21,862 bases of DNA from the NCBI GenBank assembly GCA_964647565.1, contig CAZYIM010000029.1, positions 17,148-39,009 on the forward strand, in the 5' to 3' direction. Position numbers and translations under genes: made by a program. Every line of letters starts with the position of its first letter. Position 1 is the stretch's first letter. Under the pieces are notes generated by a model. It ran no database searches and was not told the origin of the DNA. It saw only the letters and a list, made by a program, of their open reading frames with translations. Source of the stretch: an uncultured Methanosarcinales archaeon (GTDB taxonomy: Archaea > Nanobdellota > Nanobdellia > Woesearchaeales > CAZYIM01). Of this stretch, positions 11,030 to 19,952 are shown one piece after another.

Positions 11030-11713
11030 TTAACCTTTTACAACAGGCACAAATATCTCTGGCTCAAATTTAGTCAACTTATCACCCTCAAATGTCAGTT
11101 TGCTAACCGAACCGTTCCCTAAGTATAAATTATACGCTTCTTTACCTCCAATGCCTGCAAGTAGTGCAATAGACCACGCGATAGCACATCTGTGAGTAAA
11201 CAATCCAATCGACTCATAACCTTGGTTTAATATATCTGATTTAATATATCCTATCACTCGAGATGCTACATCATCAGGAGACTCCCCATTTGGAGGGCGT
11301 TCGTACCATAATTTTTCAACATCTTCTGATGATGTTATATATAATCCAGTCGGAATGATATCTGATCTTTTTCTCAACTCCCAATCGCCCATGGATTGCT
11401 CAAGCAGTTTGTCTGTCACACCCATATCCCTCATTTTAGCATAAAAATCTTCTTTATCAAAAAGTTCTTCTGTACTATACCTCGCAGTTTGTTGTGCTCT
11501 TACAGCAGATGAGGATACTATTTTATCTAAAAAAATTCTTTCTTGTTTAAAGTACAGACCTGCCAGTTTAGACTGAGTTATACCCTTGGGAGTCAGCTCA
11601 CTCCAGACATTTCTACCCCAGATAAGTTTTGATTCAAGCGGCAGTGATTCTTGTATCTCATTTGTTTCACATTCACCATGCCTAATCAAATATATCTCAC
11701 ACCGCTTCAGCAT
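11030..11713 (-). CDS. Histidine phosphatase (phosphoglycerate mutase superfamily)
   Basis: IYLIRHGE, LTPKGITQ, SSAVRAQQTA, LLEQSMGDWE, PPNGES and FTHR (second His). Confidence 0.95.
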   Translation of the reverse strand: MLKRCEIYLIRHGECETNEIQESLPLESKLIWGRNVWSELTPKGITQSKLAGLYFKQERIFLDKIVSSSAVRAQQTARYSTEELFDKEDFYAKMRDMGVTDKLLEQSMGDWELRKRSDIIPTGLYITSSEDVEKLWYERPPNGESPDDVASRVIGYIKSDILNQGYESIGLFTHRCAIAWSIALLAGIGGKEAYNLYLGNGSVSKLTFEGDKLTKFEPEIFVPVVKG

Positions 11714-12684
11714 TTTAACTGCCTCACCTGATACTCGCTTGTCTGTCTTTTTGTGTCCAACGGCTGGCAGTACTGGCAGTTAAGACAGGGAAGCTGCTTG
11801 GTGAAGGTTATTAACGAATTGTCACCTTCAAATTGTGCCTTCCGAATGGCAGTAAGCTTTTTGCCATGCCAGATATCTTTGATTGATTCTTTAGTGGTGT
11901 CTCCGATAATCCAAGATCTATCCATCGAAGGACCTTTAAACAACTCATTAAAGCATATAACAACAGATCCATCACAATCTATATTGAATCTGCTCCAGTG
12001 GACCTGACAGGGCACCTGTGCGGGTTTTGTTTTTTTCTCACCTTCCCTACTTACAAGACCGTTATAGCTATGATAGCTCCTGATAAATGCATCTGCAAGC
12101 CAGCCACTCTTTTTCCAGTAGCTGACAAAAGCTGTATCGTAATCCTGATCATCGCTTTGAACCCTGCTGACAATTAATCTGGTCTTTAGATGGTTTTTGG
12201 CAATAAAATTATGCAGATACTCAATGTTGCTCTTGACTAATTCAAATGCATTCGTGCCTTTTGTAGAAGAGTAGTTATCTGGATCAATGCTGTTTACTGA
12301 AATTTCTACTATGGAACAATTCCTGACCAATGCTTCTAGAAGATGCCTATTCTTAGTCACTGCGTTGGTAAATATCCAGGAGATTACGCCTTTTTTCTTC
12401 ACATAATCCAGTCCGTCTCCAAGATGCTTCCACATCAGAGGCTCTCCAACTGAATGTATTCGCAGGGTTGAGTGCTTAAATTCTGAGACCTGGTCCACAA
12501 TATTTTTAAAAACCTCAAATGACATATCTTCATCGCCAAATTTGGTTTTCCTCTGTTCTATAGGAGTCTTTCCCAAAGGACAATGCACACAATTGGCTGT
12601 ACAGGCTCCCTTGAAGACGCACACATGTACTATGTTTGGAAACGTATATTGTTCTTGGGATGTAAAACCTTTAGGAAGTTTCAT
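11707..12684 (-). CDS. Radical SAM enzyme with Twitch-like domain
   Basis: CTANCVHC, HSVGEPL, FTNA; C-terminal PCQVHWSRFNIDCDGSVVIC...IGD...SIKDIW...PCLNC. Confidence 0.93.
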   Translation of the reverse strand: MKLPKGFTSQEQYTFPNIVHVCVFKGACTANCVHCPLGKTPIEQRKTKFGDEDMSFEVFKNIVDQVSEFKHSTLRIHSVGEPLMWKHLGDGLDYVKKKGVISWIFTNAVTKNRHLLEALVRNCSIVEISVNSIDPDNYSSTKGTNAFELVKSNIEYLHNFIAKNHLKTRLIVSRVQSDDQDYDTAFVSYWKKSGWLADAFIRSYHSYNGLVSREGEKKTKPAQVPCQVHWSRFNIDCDGSVVICFNELFKGPSMDRSWIIGDTTKESIKDIWHGKKLTAIRKAQFEGDNSLITFTKQLPCLNCQYCQPLDTKRQTSEYQVRQLKC

Positions 12685-12685
12685 T

Positions 12686-14275
12686 CTACACTACACCTCG
12701 TTTCAAATTGACTGACAGTACATTCTCTGTTTCTGACTGCATAAGCTTATCTATCAGGTTTTCAATCTTTTCTGTATTTTTACCAAGGATCTTGTAAATG
12801 GCCAGAAATGTAATTAAACCAAACAAAGGATGTGGAACAACACCCCTCCAGTCATATTTAGAAAGTGTCTCTTGCAAGAGCAGGTCTCTTAGTTTTAATG
12901 ACTGTTCAGCTAATTCACAGACCTCTTTTGAATCTGGGAGAATATTATCAGGCAAGGTAAACTGGGTATTATTACACTCGAAAGTGCGATAAGTAAAGAG
13001 TAATGAATCTGATTTGAGTATGCTTGATCCGGGATATACCTCCAAATAGCTATAGACTGTAAGTCTGGCACCTTTCTCAACCAGTTCAACAGATGCATCA
13101 ATCGTCTCAATTATATCGTTCACTGTTGATGTCGGATAAAAGAGTATAATGTTCATAAGAGGCGTTATTCCTGATTGAATTGTATTCTCAATCGTGTTAA
13201 AAATGACTTTTTTAACATCATTCCCAAGCATATTTTTATTCATATGGTGCAAAATGTTCTTTGAAAAAGATTCTACCCCATAAATAATGAATTTAAACCC
13301 AACATCATGCATCTTTTCTAGCAACTCACGGTCAAGCACACCTATTCTGGATAAACAGAAGAAAGTTAAGTCTTTAAGGCTTTCATCTGATTTCAAACAA
13401 TCACAGAACTCAGAGACCTTTTGCTTGTTCAAGAAAAAATCATCATCGCAAAAATAGAATGCCTTGACAGCAGGATGCTCAGCTCTTGCATTTTTTACCA
13501 AACGTATCATTTTGGCAGGATTAAGGAAAAGAACCTTTTGTTTACCGCAAATGGCGTTGTTAAGGAGGTGTGTTGAAGAGCAAAAACTACATCCCCTCGG
13601 GCAGTGACTAGTACTTACTAATCTGATAGTGTGCAGCATGTTTTCATTCTTCATTATCCTAAGATGCTCAGCAGTATATTGTTGCTCCATATAAGACCAA
13701 TACTCTTCAAAGGGTATTTGTTTAAAATCTAATGAGAGTGAAATTTCCTCAAACTGGGATTTTATGTAGGCTTGTGCTGGACCCGTATCAAATATCTCAC
13801 CTTTAGAATCTCTTCTTATGAAGAGCCCATTTATGTCGCCAAAGCGTTTTACTAAAGAACCCTTCCTTGAGAACTGTTGAATCATCTTTTCCATAGGAAA
13901 CTCGCCAAGACCCTTTATTATTATCTGTAGAGGCGTATTTTTAAGCAGAAAATCAGAGCTAAAGACAGCACCCTGCCCTCCTGCAACCAAAAGAGACTTC
14001 GGAACAAGTTTTTTTAATTTGTACATGAGATCTATATCATTGTGCCAGGTTTGATAGAGTAGGCTAAATCCAATAATATCTGGTTGTTTTTCTTTAATCA
14101 GATCAAATAACTTTTGTGTTCCTGAGAGATCAGGATCATATACCTCAACAGAAGCAGATGTTTTTTTTCTAAGATAAGAAGCAATTCTATGGATACCCAT
14201 AGGTGGACTAAAATACTGTCCCACTCTGAGCCCTTTATTCTTAAAAGGAGATATCAAAACTATCTTTAGTTTCAC
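12686..14275 (-). CDS. Cobalamin (B12)-binding-domain radical SAM enzyme
   Basis: N-terminal PPMGIHRIASYLR, PDIIGFS, VAGGQGA (B12-binding domain); CPRGCSFC, FCDDDF, YGVES (radical SAM core). GTG at 14275 follows a G-rich SD-like run and a TTTATAAA box, and is preferred over TTG 14338. Confidence 0.93.
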   Translation of the reverse strand: MKLKIVLISPFKNKGLRVGQYFSPPMGIHRIASYLRKKTSASVEVYDPDLSGTQKLFDLIKEKQPDIIGFSLLYQTWHNDIDLMYKLKKLVPKSLLVAGGQGAVFSSDFLLKNTPLQIIIKGLGEFPMEKMIQQFSRKGSLVKRFGDINGLFIRRDSKGEIFDTGPAQAYIKSQFEEISLSLDFKQIPFEEYWSYMEQQYTAEHLRIMKNENMLHTIRLVSTSHCPRGCSFCSSTHLLNNAICGKQKVLFLNPAKMIRLVKNARAEHPAVKAFYFCDDDFFLNKQKVSEFCDCLKSDESLKDLTFFCLSRIGVLDRELLEKMHDVGFKFIIYGVESFSKNILHHMNKNMLGNDVKKVIFNTIENTIQSGITPLMNIILFYPTSTVNDIIETIDASVELVEKGARLTVYSYLEVYPGSSILKSDSLLFTYRTFECNNTQFTLPDNILPDSKEVCELAEQSLKLRDLLLQETLSKYDWRGVVPHPLFGLITFLAIYKILGKNTEKIENLIDKLMQSETENVLSVNLKRGVV

Positions 14276-14311
14276 TGTTTCAACCCCCAAAACATTGGTA
14301 AAATTCAGGAG

Positions 14312-14319
14312 TTTATAAA
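14312..14319 (-). promoter_or_regulatory. Putative TATA box of the radical SAM operon
   Basis: TTTATAAA about 37 bp upstream of GTG 14275, in an AT-rich divergent region. Confidence 0.55.
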
Positions 14320-14414
14320 TCTTAATAATTATATCCAATATATTAAATATTGAATATATATAGTCGAATGAAAAAAAGCAAAAATTAAAATAAAAAAGAG
14401 CATTTCTGTTCTAT

Positions 14415-16463
14415 ATGGGGGAGGGTAATCAACAAACCAATTCTAGAAATAGCAATAGCTTCTTTGACAACAACTGGAACTATATGGCGGCAATTGGCTG
14501 TGGACTTCTGAGTTATTTTGGACTTGATATGTTCAAGGAAGTTGATTGGAGTGCAGTTGAGAAAATTGGCATACCCCTTTTTACAGCTTTTGGATCTGAC
14601 TTTGTTGTTTTTAACAATCTCAAGCAAAGGATGTTGATCAAGAAAAAAAACAAGAAGCTTTCAGAGCTTCTGGATGAACCTCTGCCAGAAGAAAAAAAGA
14701 GATTTGTTCCGAAAACATGGAATCCGTTGAAACATCCTTTTATCACTGGCTTGCCAGTCTCAGTCGGAATAGATTTGTTAGTGAACAAACTTATCAACTA
14801 TAACTCCCTGTCAATCTATGAAAACCTATTGACCAGATTGGATAGGACGTCAACTAAGATTGCCACACTTTTGCCAGAAGAGCAGGCAATATATAATCAC
14901 TCTCTTCCAAAATTAATCGGCCTTGCAGGATTATTCTATACTGCATCTGTTGTGGCTGTCAAGGCTGCAGACACAATTGTTGAAAACAAGCTTTGGCATA
15001 ATCTGATTGACTTCCCTGTTACACAGTTCTACAGGTTGACTGGGCAGAAAGCAAAAGCAGAAGAATACATGCTAAAGCAGTTTGAAAAAAAGAAACAAAC
15101 CGGTTTTTGGGCGTTAAATAAGATAGTAAAGATGAATCCTGAGAAACGAATTGCCTATCTCAGCAAGATAAGAACAGAACACAAAGGAAAAAAACAAAAG
15201 AGTTTCTTTCTAAATCAATATTATGCAGGCGAAGTTGCCAGGCTGGAGAAAAAACTAGGAAAAAAACCATCTGACAATACCACGCGCCTTGAGTTAGCAA
15301 CCATCTATCCCTTTGTTCCTGAAGATCAAAGCAATCTGATAAGCGAAAGTTATTGGAGAGAGGTGCTTGGCTCTGATCCTGACTCAATTGAGTTAAATCT
15401 CTTGAGAGGCCAGCATCTGGATTCAATTGGCAAGAGGGACGAAGCTGTCAAGCATTTTAACAAGGCAGTTGAGATGATTCTACAGGATAATCAGGGCAAT
15501 TTTGTTTCAAGGGGTGACTTCAGAAATGAAGTATTTGACCATTATGTCAATGAGTATTTTCATGGAATCCTATATTGGAAAAGAAACAAAGATCCTGAAA
15601 GGTTGAGGAAAGAAAATAAAAACCTAAAATTACTTGGCGAGAGATTCATGGATAGGTTGGCCATGCCAGTTGGTCTCAAAGATTTACCTCCTTTCTGGTA
15701 TTTTATAACCATATCAGAGGGCGAAAAGAATCTTTTTGATATGATTCCTGATCTAAATCAAAAACAGATCGAGTTTTTCCTGAAGGATGCAGCTAACCTA
15801 TGTACAGACATAACAAGCTATGGCAACTATCTGCATAAGAAAGGTCGTCTGGAGTTAAAGACAAGTGATGACAAAGAATTTTATTATAAGAGGATGAAAA
15901 ATCTCTTCTTCGATCCATTAGTAAAGTTGGTTCCAACCCTGGAATATCCTACTAAGACAGCGATCCTAAGATGTGAGGATTTTCTTTCTAAGCAATCTAA
16001 CAATCTCTTCTCGGGTTTTTACTCAGATTTCAACCATAAAAATTTGGTGCCAGTTGGTAAGCAGCTCAAGAAGGTTGATATGGAACATGATACTCAGATG
16101 CCATTATCCTATGAGCTAGTAAATCTGTTCGAGTTTGGAAAAGAACATCTGAAACTTGCAACTAAACAAAAACTGATCAACACGGTCTATGAAAATCTGG
16201 ATACAAAATTTAGCCAAGGCAGGATAAGAGCAGACTTTACCTTTGGCGCAATCCAGCGTCATGGCGATCTGTTTGGCTATCGGCTCAGGGATTACAATGC
16301 ATCTGGTGATGAACAGGACCTGGAGATGGCTAAGTTCCATTTCAAGTCAAAGGTCAACTATCTCAAGGATGCAGCATATTTTTTAAAATCAGATAAAGAC
16401 ACAGGATTCTTAGTTGATGGTTTGGTAGCTATGGAAGATGTAGCATCAAAGATAATGGAATGA
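14415..16463 (+). CDS. Membrane-anchored protein with helical/TPR-like middle and C-terminal APH/choline-kinase-like phosphotransferase domain
   Basis: Hydrophobic N-terminal segments (e.g. LIGLAGLFYTASVVAV); TPR-like LLRGQHLDSIGKRDEAVKHFNKAVE; YWKR..PERLRKE (K/E pair), YSDFNHKNL (HxDxxxxN-like loop) and KVDME (metal-binding Asp). Confidence 0.6.
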   Translation: MGEGNQQTNSRNSNSFFDNNWNYMAAIGCGLLSYFGLDMFKEVDWSAVEKIGIPLFTAFGSDFVVFNNLKQRMLIKKKNKKLSELLDEPLPEEKKRFVPKTWNPLKHPFITGLPVSVGIDLLVNKLINYNSLSIYENLLTRLDRTSTKIATLLPEEQAIYNHSLPKLIGLAGLFYTASVVAVKAADTIVENKLWHNLIDFPVTQFYRLTGQKAKAEEYMLKQFEKKKQTGFWALNKIVKMNPEKRIAYLSKIRTEHKGKKQKSFFLNQYYAGEVARLEKKLGKKPSDNTTRLELATIYPFVPEDQSNLISESYWREVLGSDPDSIELNLLRGQHLDSIGKRDEAVKHFNKAVEMILQDNQGNFVSRGDFRNEVFDHYVNEYFHGILYWKRNKDPERLRKENKNLKLLGERFMDRLAMPVGLKDLPPFWYFITISEGEKNLFDMIPDLNQKQIEFFLKDAANLCTDITSYGNYLHKKGRLELKTSDDKEFYYKRMKNLFFDPLVKLVPTLEYPTKTAILRCEDFLSKQSNNLFSGFYSDFNHKNLVPVGKQLKKVDMEHDTQMPLSYELVNLFEFGKEHLKLATKQKLINTVYENLDTKFSQGRIRADFTFGAIQRHGDLFGYRLRDYNASGDEQDLEMAKFHFKSKVNYLKDAAYFLKSDKDTGFLVDGLVAMEDVASKIME

Positions 16464-16465
16464 TT

Positions 16466-17389
16466 CTATTGCTCGAATAGTTTTGCAGCACCAGGAAATT
16501 TATCTTCTACAGTCAGGGTAAAATCGTGTCTTCCCGGATCATACATTTTACCCTCGGACAGAACAGTATGCCAGAATGTCGGATCCCTACAGTTATCGAT
16601 GGGTTCTTGGGGACTACTTGAAAAATAGAAATCAGTTTCATCTTTCTTCCCAAACATACGGGTTGACAATACATGTACATCCAAGAGAAGCGATAACCGC
16701 TCTCTGTCAGAATCAGGATAATTAAAACCATAAGGAGATTCAAGAGGCGGAATTCCTAGGACACCAACTCTTTTTATGATATTGTGCATTGCAGAATCCT
16801 GCATAAGTTTATGCTCTTTTTCTCTATCCTGGGTATAATAATCATCTGCAGGATCGCCCCTGTATCCCAAAGACCAAAAAATCGCATAAGCATCTAATCT
16901 TCTGTTCCCAGTTCTAACACCAGAGTCAGACTCCATCACCCAATCAGCCCTCTCACCATAAGGATCCTTGCTGAATTCTTCTAATTTGTGGCCGCGATGC
17001 AAAATAAGCATGTCTATATCATTGGGATTGGTATCTCCCCTTGCAAGTGAGCCAAATATTACGACGCCTTCAACTCCAACATCAAGATATGACTTCTTGT
17101 GGATGATCTCAGCAATATCCTTGGCCACCTCATAGTACTGACCGTCGAAATAATTCATCCATGGATCCATGAGGTTCAACATGCCCTGCAGCTGCGAGGA
17201 TTTCTCTTGCAGACTGTAGAAACCCTCTTTTTCCTGGATCAGATTCTGCTCCTGAAGCATCTTTAAAGGCATATCCAATCTGCCCTGTTTTATATGTAGA
17301 TACTTAGCCAAATCATCTAATGAAATAGGACCCTCATTTAGTTTCACCAACACCCTAAGGTTTGTCTGTACCATGTTAATCTTGAACAT
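16466..17389 (-). CDS. Winged-HTH plus DNA polymerase beta-superfamily nucleotidyltransferase domain protein
   Basis: N-terminal ISLDDLAKYLHI...LKMLQEQNLIQEKEGFYSL (wHTH-like); VVIFGSLARGDTNPNDIDMLIL is the hGS...DxD signature; LLDVH is a candidate third Asp. Confidence 0.8.
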   Translation of the reverse strand: MFKINMVQTNLRVLVKLNEGPISLDDLAKYLHIKQGRLDMPLKMLQEQNLIQEKEGFYSLQEKSSQLQGMLNLMDPWMNYFDGQYYEVAKDIAEIIHKKSYLDVGVEGVVIFGSLARGDTNPNDIDMLILHRGHKLEEFSKDPYGERADWVMESDSGVRTGNRRLDAYAIFWSLGYRGDPADDYYTQDREKEHKLMQDSAMHNIIKRVGVLGIPPLESPYGFNYPDSDRERLSLLLDVHVLSTRMFGKKDETDFYFSSSPQEPIDNCRDPTFWHTVLSEGKMYDPGRHDFTLTVEDKFPGAAKLFEQ

Positions 17390-17495
17390 ATAGAAAATTG
17401 AAATAAAAGATATTATTTAAACTTTATTTTGTCACCAGGACTTGACGACTAACATATAAAAAAATTTATATTAGTTCAGCTCTTAATTATAGATA

Positions 17496-17807
17496 ATGCC
17501 TAAAAAATTTGACATCAGTGCAATAATCATCCAGATAGAAAAGGCTTATTCAGAGGAAGATATCACTACAAATCTGGATGAAGAAATTCTTAACTGGATA
17601 GATCATGATTCAATGCAAGAGGATGGTTATGAGAATGAATATGAATGGTATTCTGATTATGGCAGGGGTGAAGCAGAAACAGTTGTAATCAAAGAATTGA
17701 TTGACAACTGGGTCTGCAATCATAATAAAGGCAAGAAACTAGAGATAAATCAGCATTGCAAACTTTATTCTGCAATCCAGGACAAGTTTGATTGTCTCAA
17801 ATACTAA
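17496..17807 (+). CDS. Hypothetical acidic protein, 103 aa
   Basis: Only sizeable ORF in this gap; ATG start after an AT-rich region with TTTATA; no recognisable motif. Confidence 0.7.
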   Translation: MPKKFDISAIIIQIEKAYSEEDITTNLDEEILNWIDHDSMQEDGYENEYEWYSDYGRGEAETVVIKELIDNWVCNHNKGKKLEINQHCKLYSAIQDKFDCLKY

Positions 17808-17842
17808 ACCCTAACTACTTTAGTGTAGTAAAAATAGAAATA

Positions 17843-17890
17843 TTTATAAAGGGATTTTGATTCTCCCGACTTAAAACTATTAAAGGTGAT
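17843..17890 (+). promoter_or_regulatory. Putative TATA box (17843-17850) and SD (17884-17890)
   Basis: TTTATAAA preceded by an A-rich tract; AGGTGAT just before ATG 17894. Confidence 0.6.
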
Positions 17891-17893
17891 GAT

Positions 17894-18886
17894 ATGATAG
17901 GAAAAGATGCAAAACAAGAAAAAACAGATTCTTTTACTGACACGTTCAAACGAACAGAAGCTATTGGTAAATTATATACGCTTGCAGAAGCACTTGCAAC
18001 CGAAGAAAGACCACTTCTCAATCAAAAACAAGAAGTGGAAACCAAAGAAAGTGGAGATATAAAGGTTCACACATTCTCTAATGTTCCTGTTTCAGACCAG
18101 CACCTGCTCGTCCTCGGAATAGGAAACCCAAAGACAGGATTCTACCAAGTCCCAATCATCAAGATCGCAGAAGACATAGATGTTATCGTATCAGGAACTA
18201 TAGATGATAAGGGAAAATCAACCAAGTTCAAAAAACAGAGAAAACTAAGCGAACACAGTTACGAAGCATTTGGACTAGGATTGGCCGGAGCAAAAAAGGT
18301 CTACGGCGTAGCACTAGTCCCAAAATCAGGTATTCTTGGAGAAGAGATGATTGTTGGTGGACACAACAACCATAAAACATTCTCACAAGGAATGTACAAC
18401 ATGATAGTTAATGGCTTTGCAATGGACAGGAAAGTGATTGGAAGCGGAGGCTATAGATTACCCCAAAAAGGGTTTACACCACTAATGTTCCCAGATGCAG
18501 ACGGCAATGAAAGATATTTGAAATTGACAGATATCCTTTCTGGAAAGGAAGTCGCACAGCTTGAGAAGGGAGGAGTCTTTCCAGGACTTACATTTGTTGC
18601 AGGACAGTTCCAGAAGTACGAACCTGTTTTCAGGTTAAATTTCCATTCAAAAAGTATTATGGATGGCGGCATGAAATTAATGGGCGGAGACATGCTTCTT
18701 GGAGATAATAGTAGAGATGCAGGAAGAGTTGGAGTAGATGTTGGATCTGAATCAAATGTCAAGTACGGCACAATCAATGGCGAAATCACAGGCATCAATG
18801 GAGTCCTAGCACTCAACTTCATAGGAGTCGAAGATAACGCACCTATTGGGAAAGTCCGAACAGCACTAGAAAAACTATATAACTAA
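17894..18886 (+). CDS. Hypothetical Gly-rich protein, 330 aa
   Basis: Long ORF with TATA box, SD and a downstream T-tract; no family recognised. Confidence 0.85.
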   Translation: MIGKDAKQEKTDSFTDTFKRTEAIGKLYTLAEALATEERPLLNQKQEVETKESGDIKVHTFSNVPVSDQHLLVLGIGNPKTGFYQVPIIKIAEDIDVIVSGTIDDKGKSTKFKKQRKLSEHSYEAFGLGLAGAKKVYGVALVPKSGILGEEMIVGGHNNHKTFSQGMYNMIVNGFAMDRKVIGSGGYRLPQKGFTPLMFPDADGNERYLKLTDILSGKEVAQLEKGGVFPGLTFVAGQFQKYEPVFRLNFHSKSIMDGGMKLMGGDMLLGDNSRDAGRVGVDVGSESNVKYGTINGEITGINGVLALNFIGVEDNAPIGKVRTALEKLYN

Positions 18887-18890
18887 ATTT

Positions 18891-18918
18891 AATTTTATTT
18901 TTTCTCTTTCTTTTTTTT
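18891..18918 (+). terminator. Archaeal oligo-T terminator-like tract
   Basis: ttttattttttctctttctttttttt directly after stop 18886, between convergent genes. Confidence 0.65.
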
Positions 18919-18919
18919 A

Positions 18920-19825
18920 TCACAACTTCAGACCCATCAATGGACCATTCATGTCAAAGGTGCTCTCAACAATTGAGTTGAAGAAGTAGAAAACCTTGAG
19001 TTCTTGTTTACTGCCCTTGAAATAACCAGGCATCTTGTCCCTCAGCTCATATCTTTTCTTGGCAAATCCAACCATGTTCCCCATCTCAAACTTGAAAAAG
19101 TTCTCATAGAAAATTCTGAAGAAGTCACTGATCTCTTTGAAAAGCTCAAGCTGACTCTTGGTAAAACTGTACTTGGTTTCATTTGAAAACAAGCAAAGAT
19201 CCCTGTACATATCGCTAATCTTCTCCAGCTGTTCGACAATGAAATATGCTGGTGGCGTCCTAAAACTCTCTTCTGTCAGACCTTGGTTTAGAACCCGTCT
19301 ACAGAAGTCTGCTATCTTGTTGACATCCTTGTCTCGTAATGCAATAGTTTTCAGAAACTCCTTGTCTTTTTGTTTTAGGGCTTCTGTCATGTCATCGCCC
19401 ATTGCCAGGATAATCAGGAACAACCTCCGAAGCATTGTGTTGAAGTTCTCTTTCTTGACTTCAGATATCTCTTTGGCCAGGATAGTGTTTTTCCTGTGGT
19501 CCACTATCTCAAAACCTATGAATTCCTCTCTGATCACTTCTTGGGCAGTCTCAAGCTCTTTTGATGTAGAGAACAAGATCTCCATCTCTGTGTAGCCAGT
19601 CTTATATATAGCTCCAAGCATTCTTTTTATCATTGGTGCTTTGCCTGAGATATCTATAGTGACCTTTTTTTCTTCTTTTTGGCCTTCCCCTTGAATCACT
19701 ATTCTTCCTGCTTCTTCAAGTATATCAATCTCATCTCCTTTTTTGAGATTATATTTTCTCGCCCATTTGCTAGGTATTGAAACTACAAGAGTCTTGCCTG
19801 CCAGTTGAATGATTTTACGCTTCAT
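18920..19825 (-). CDS. Archaeal phosphate uptake regulator (AbrB N-terminal domain plus PhoU domain)
   Basis: MKRKIIQLAGKTLVVSIPSKWARKYNLKKGDEI (AbrB/MazE-like); RDKDVNKIADFCRR and QLEKISD (PhoU-like helices). Confidence 0.88.
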   Translation of the reverse strand: MKRKIIQLAGKTLVVSIPSKWARKYNLKKGDEIDILEEAGRIVIQGEGQKEEKKVTIDISGKAPMIKRMLGAIYKTGYTEMEILFSTSKELETAQEVIREEFIGFEIVDHRKNTILAKEISEVKKENFNTMLRRLFLIILAMGDDMTEALKQKDKEFLKTIALRDKDVNKIADFCRRVLNQGLTEESFRTPPAYFIVEQLEKISDMYRDLCLFSNETKYSFTKSQLELFKEISDFFRIFYENFFKFEMGNMVGFAKKRYELRDKMPGYFKGSKQELKVFYFFNSIVESTFDMNGPLMGLKL

Positions 19826-19868
19826 ATCAATTATATAATTATATACCTTTATATAAATTATTAGGATT

Positions 19869-19899
19869 AATTATATATTTTCTAGAATAATATATAATT
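19869..19899. promoter_or_regulatory. 11-bp inverted repeat in the divergent PhoU/Lrp promoter region
   Basis: aattatatatt-ttctagaat-aatatataatt; arms are exact reverse complements, but the context is very AT-rich. Confidence 0.45.
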
Positions 19900-19952
19900 G
19901 TAAGATTTGCGAAAATTGACAAAAAAATTCACAAATCTCGGAGGCGATTTTT

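Noticed and set aside
5329..12684. Simple prokaryotic viperin plus kinase system
   Set aside because: All four non-B12 rSAMs carry auxiliary Cys clusters, which viperins lack; kept only as an analogy.
4637..14275. Phosphonate cluster or ordinary surface-glycan locus
   Set aside because: No PEP mutase, glycosyltransferase, flippase or NAD-dependent epimerase is visible in the window; such genes elsewhere in the genome cannot be excluded.
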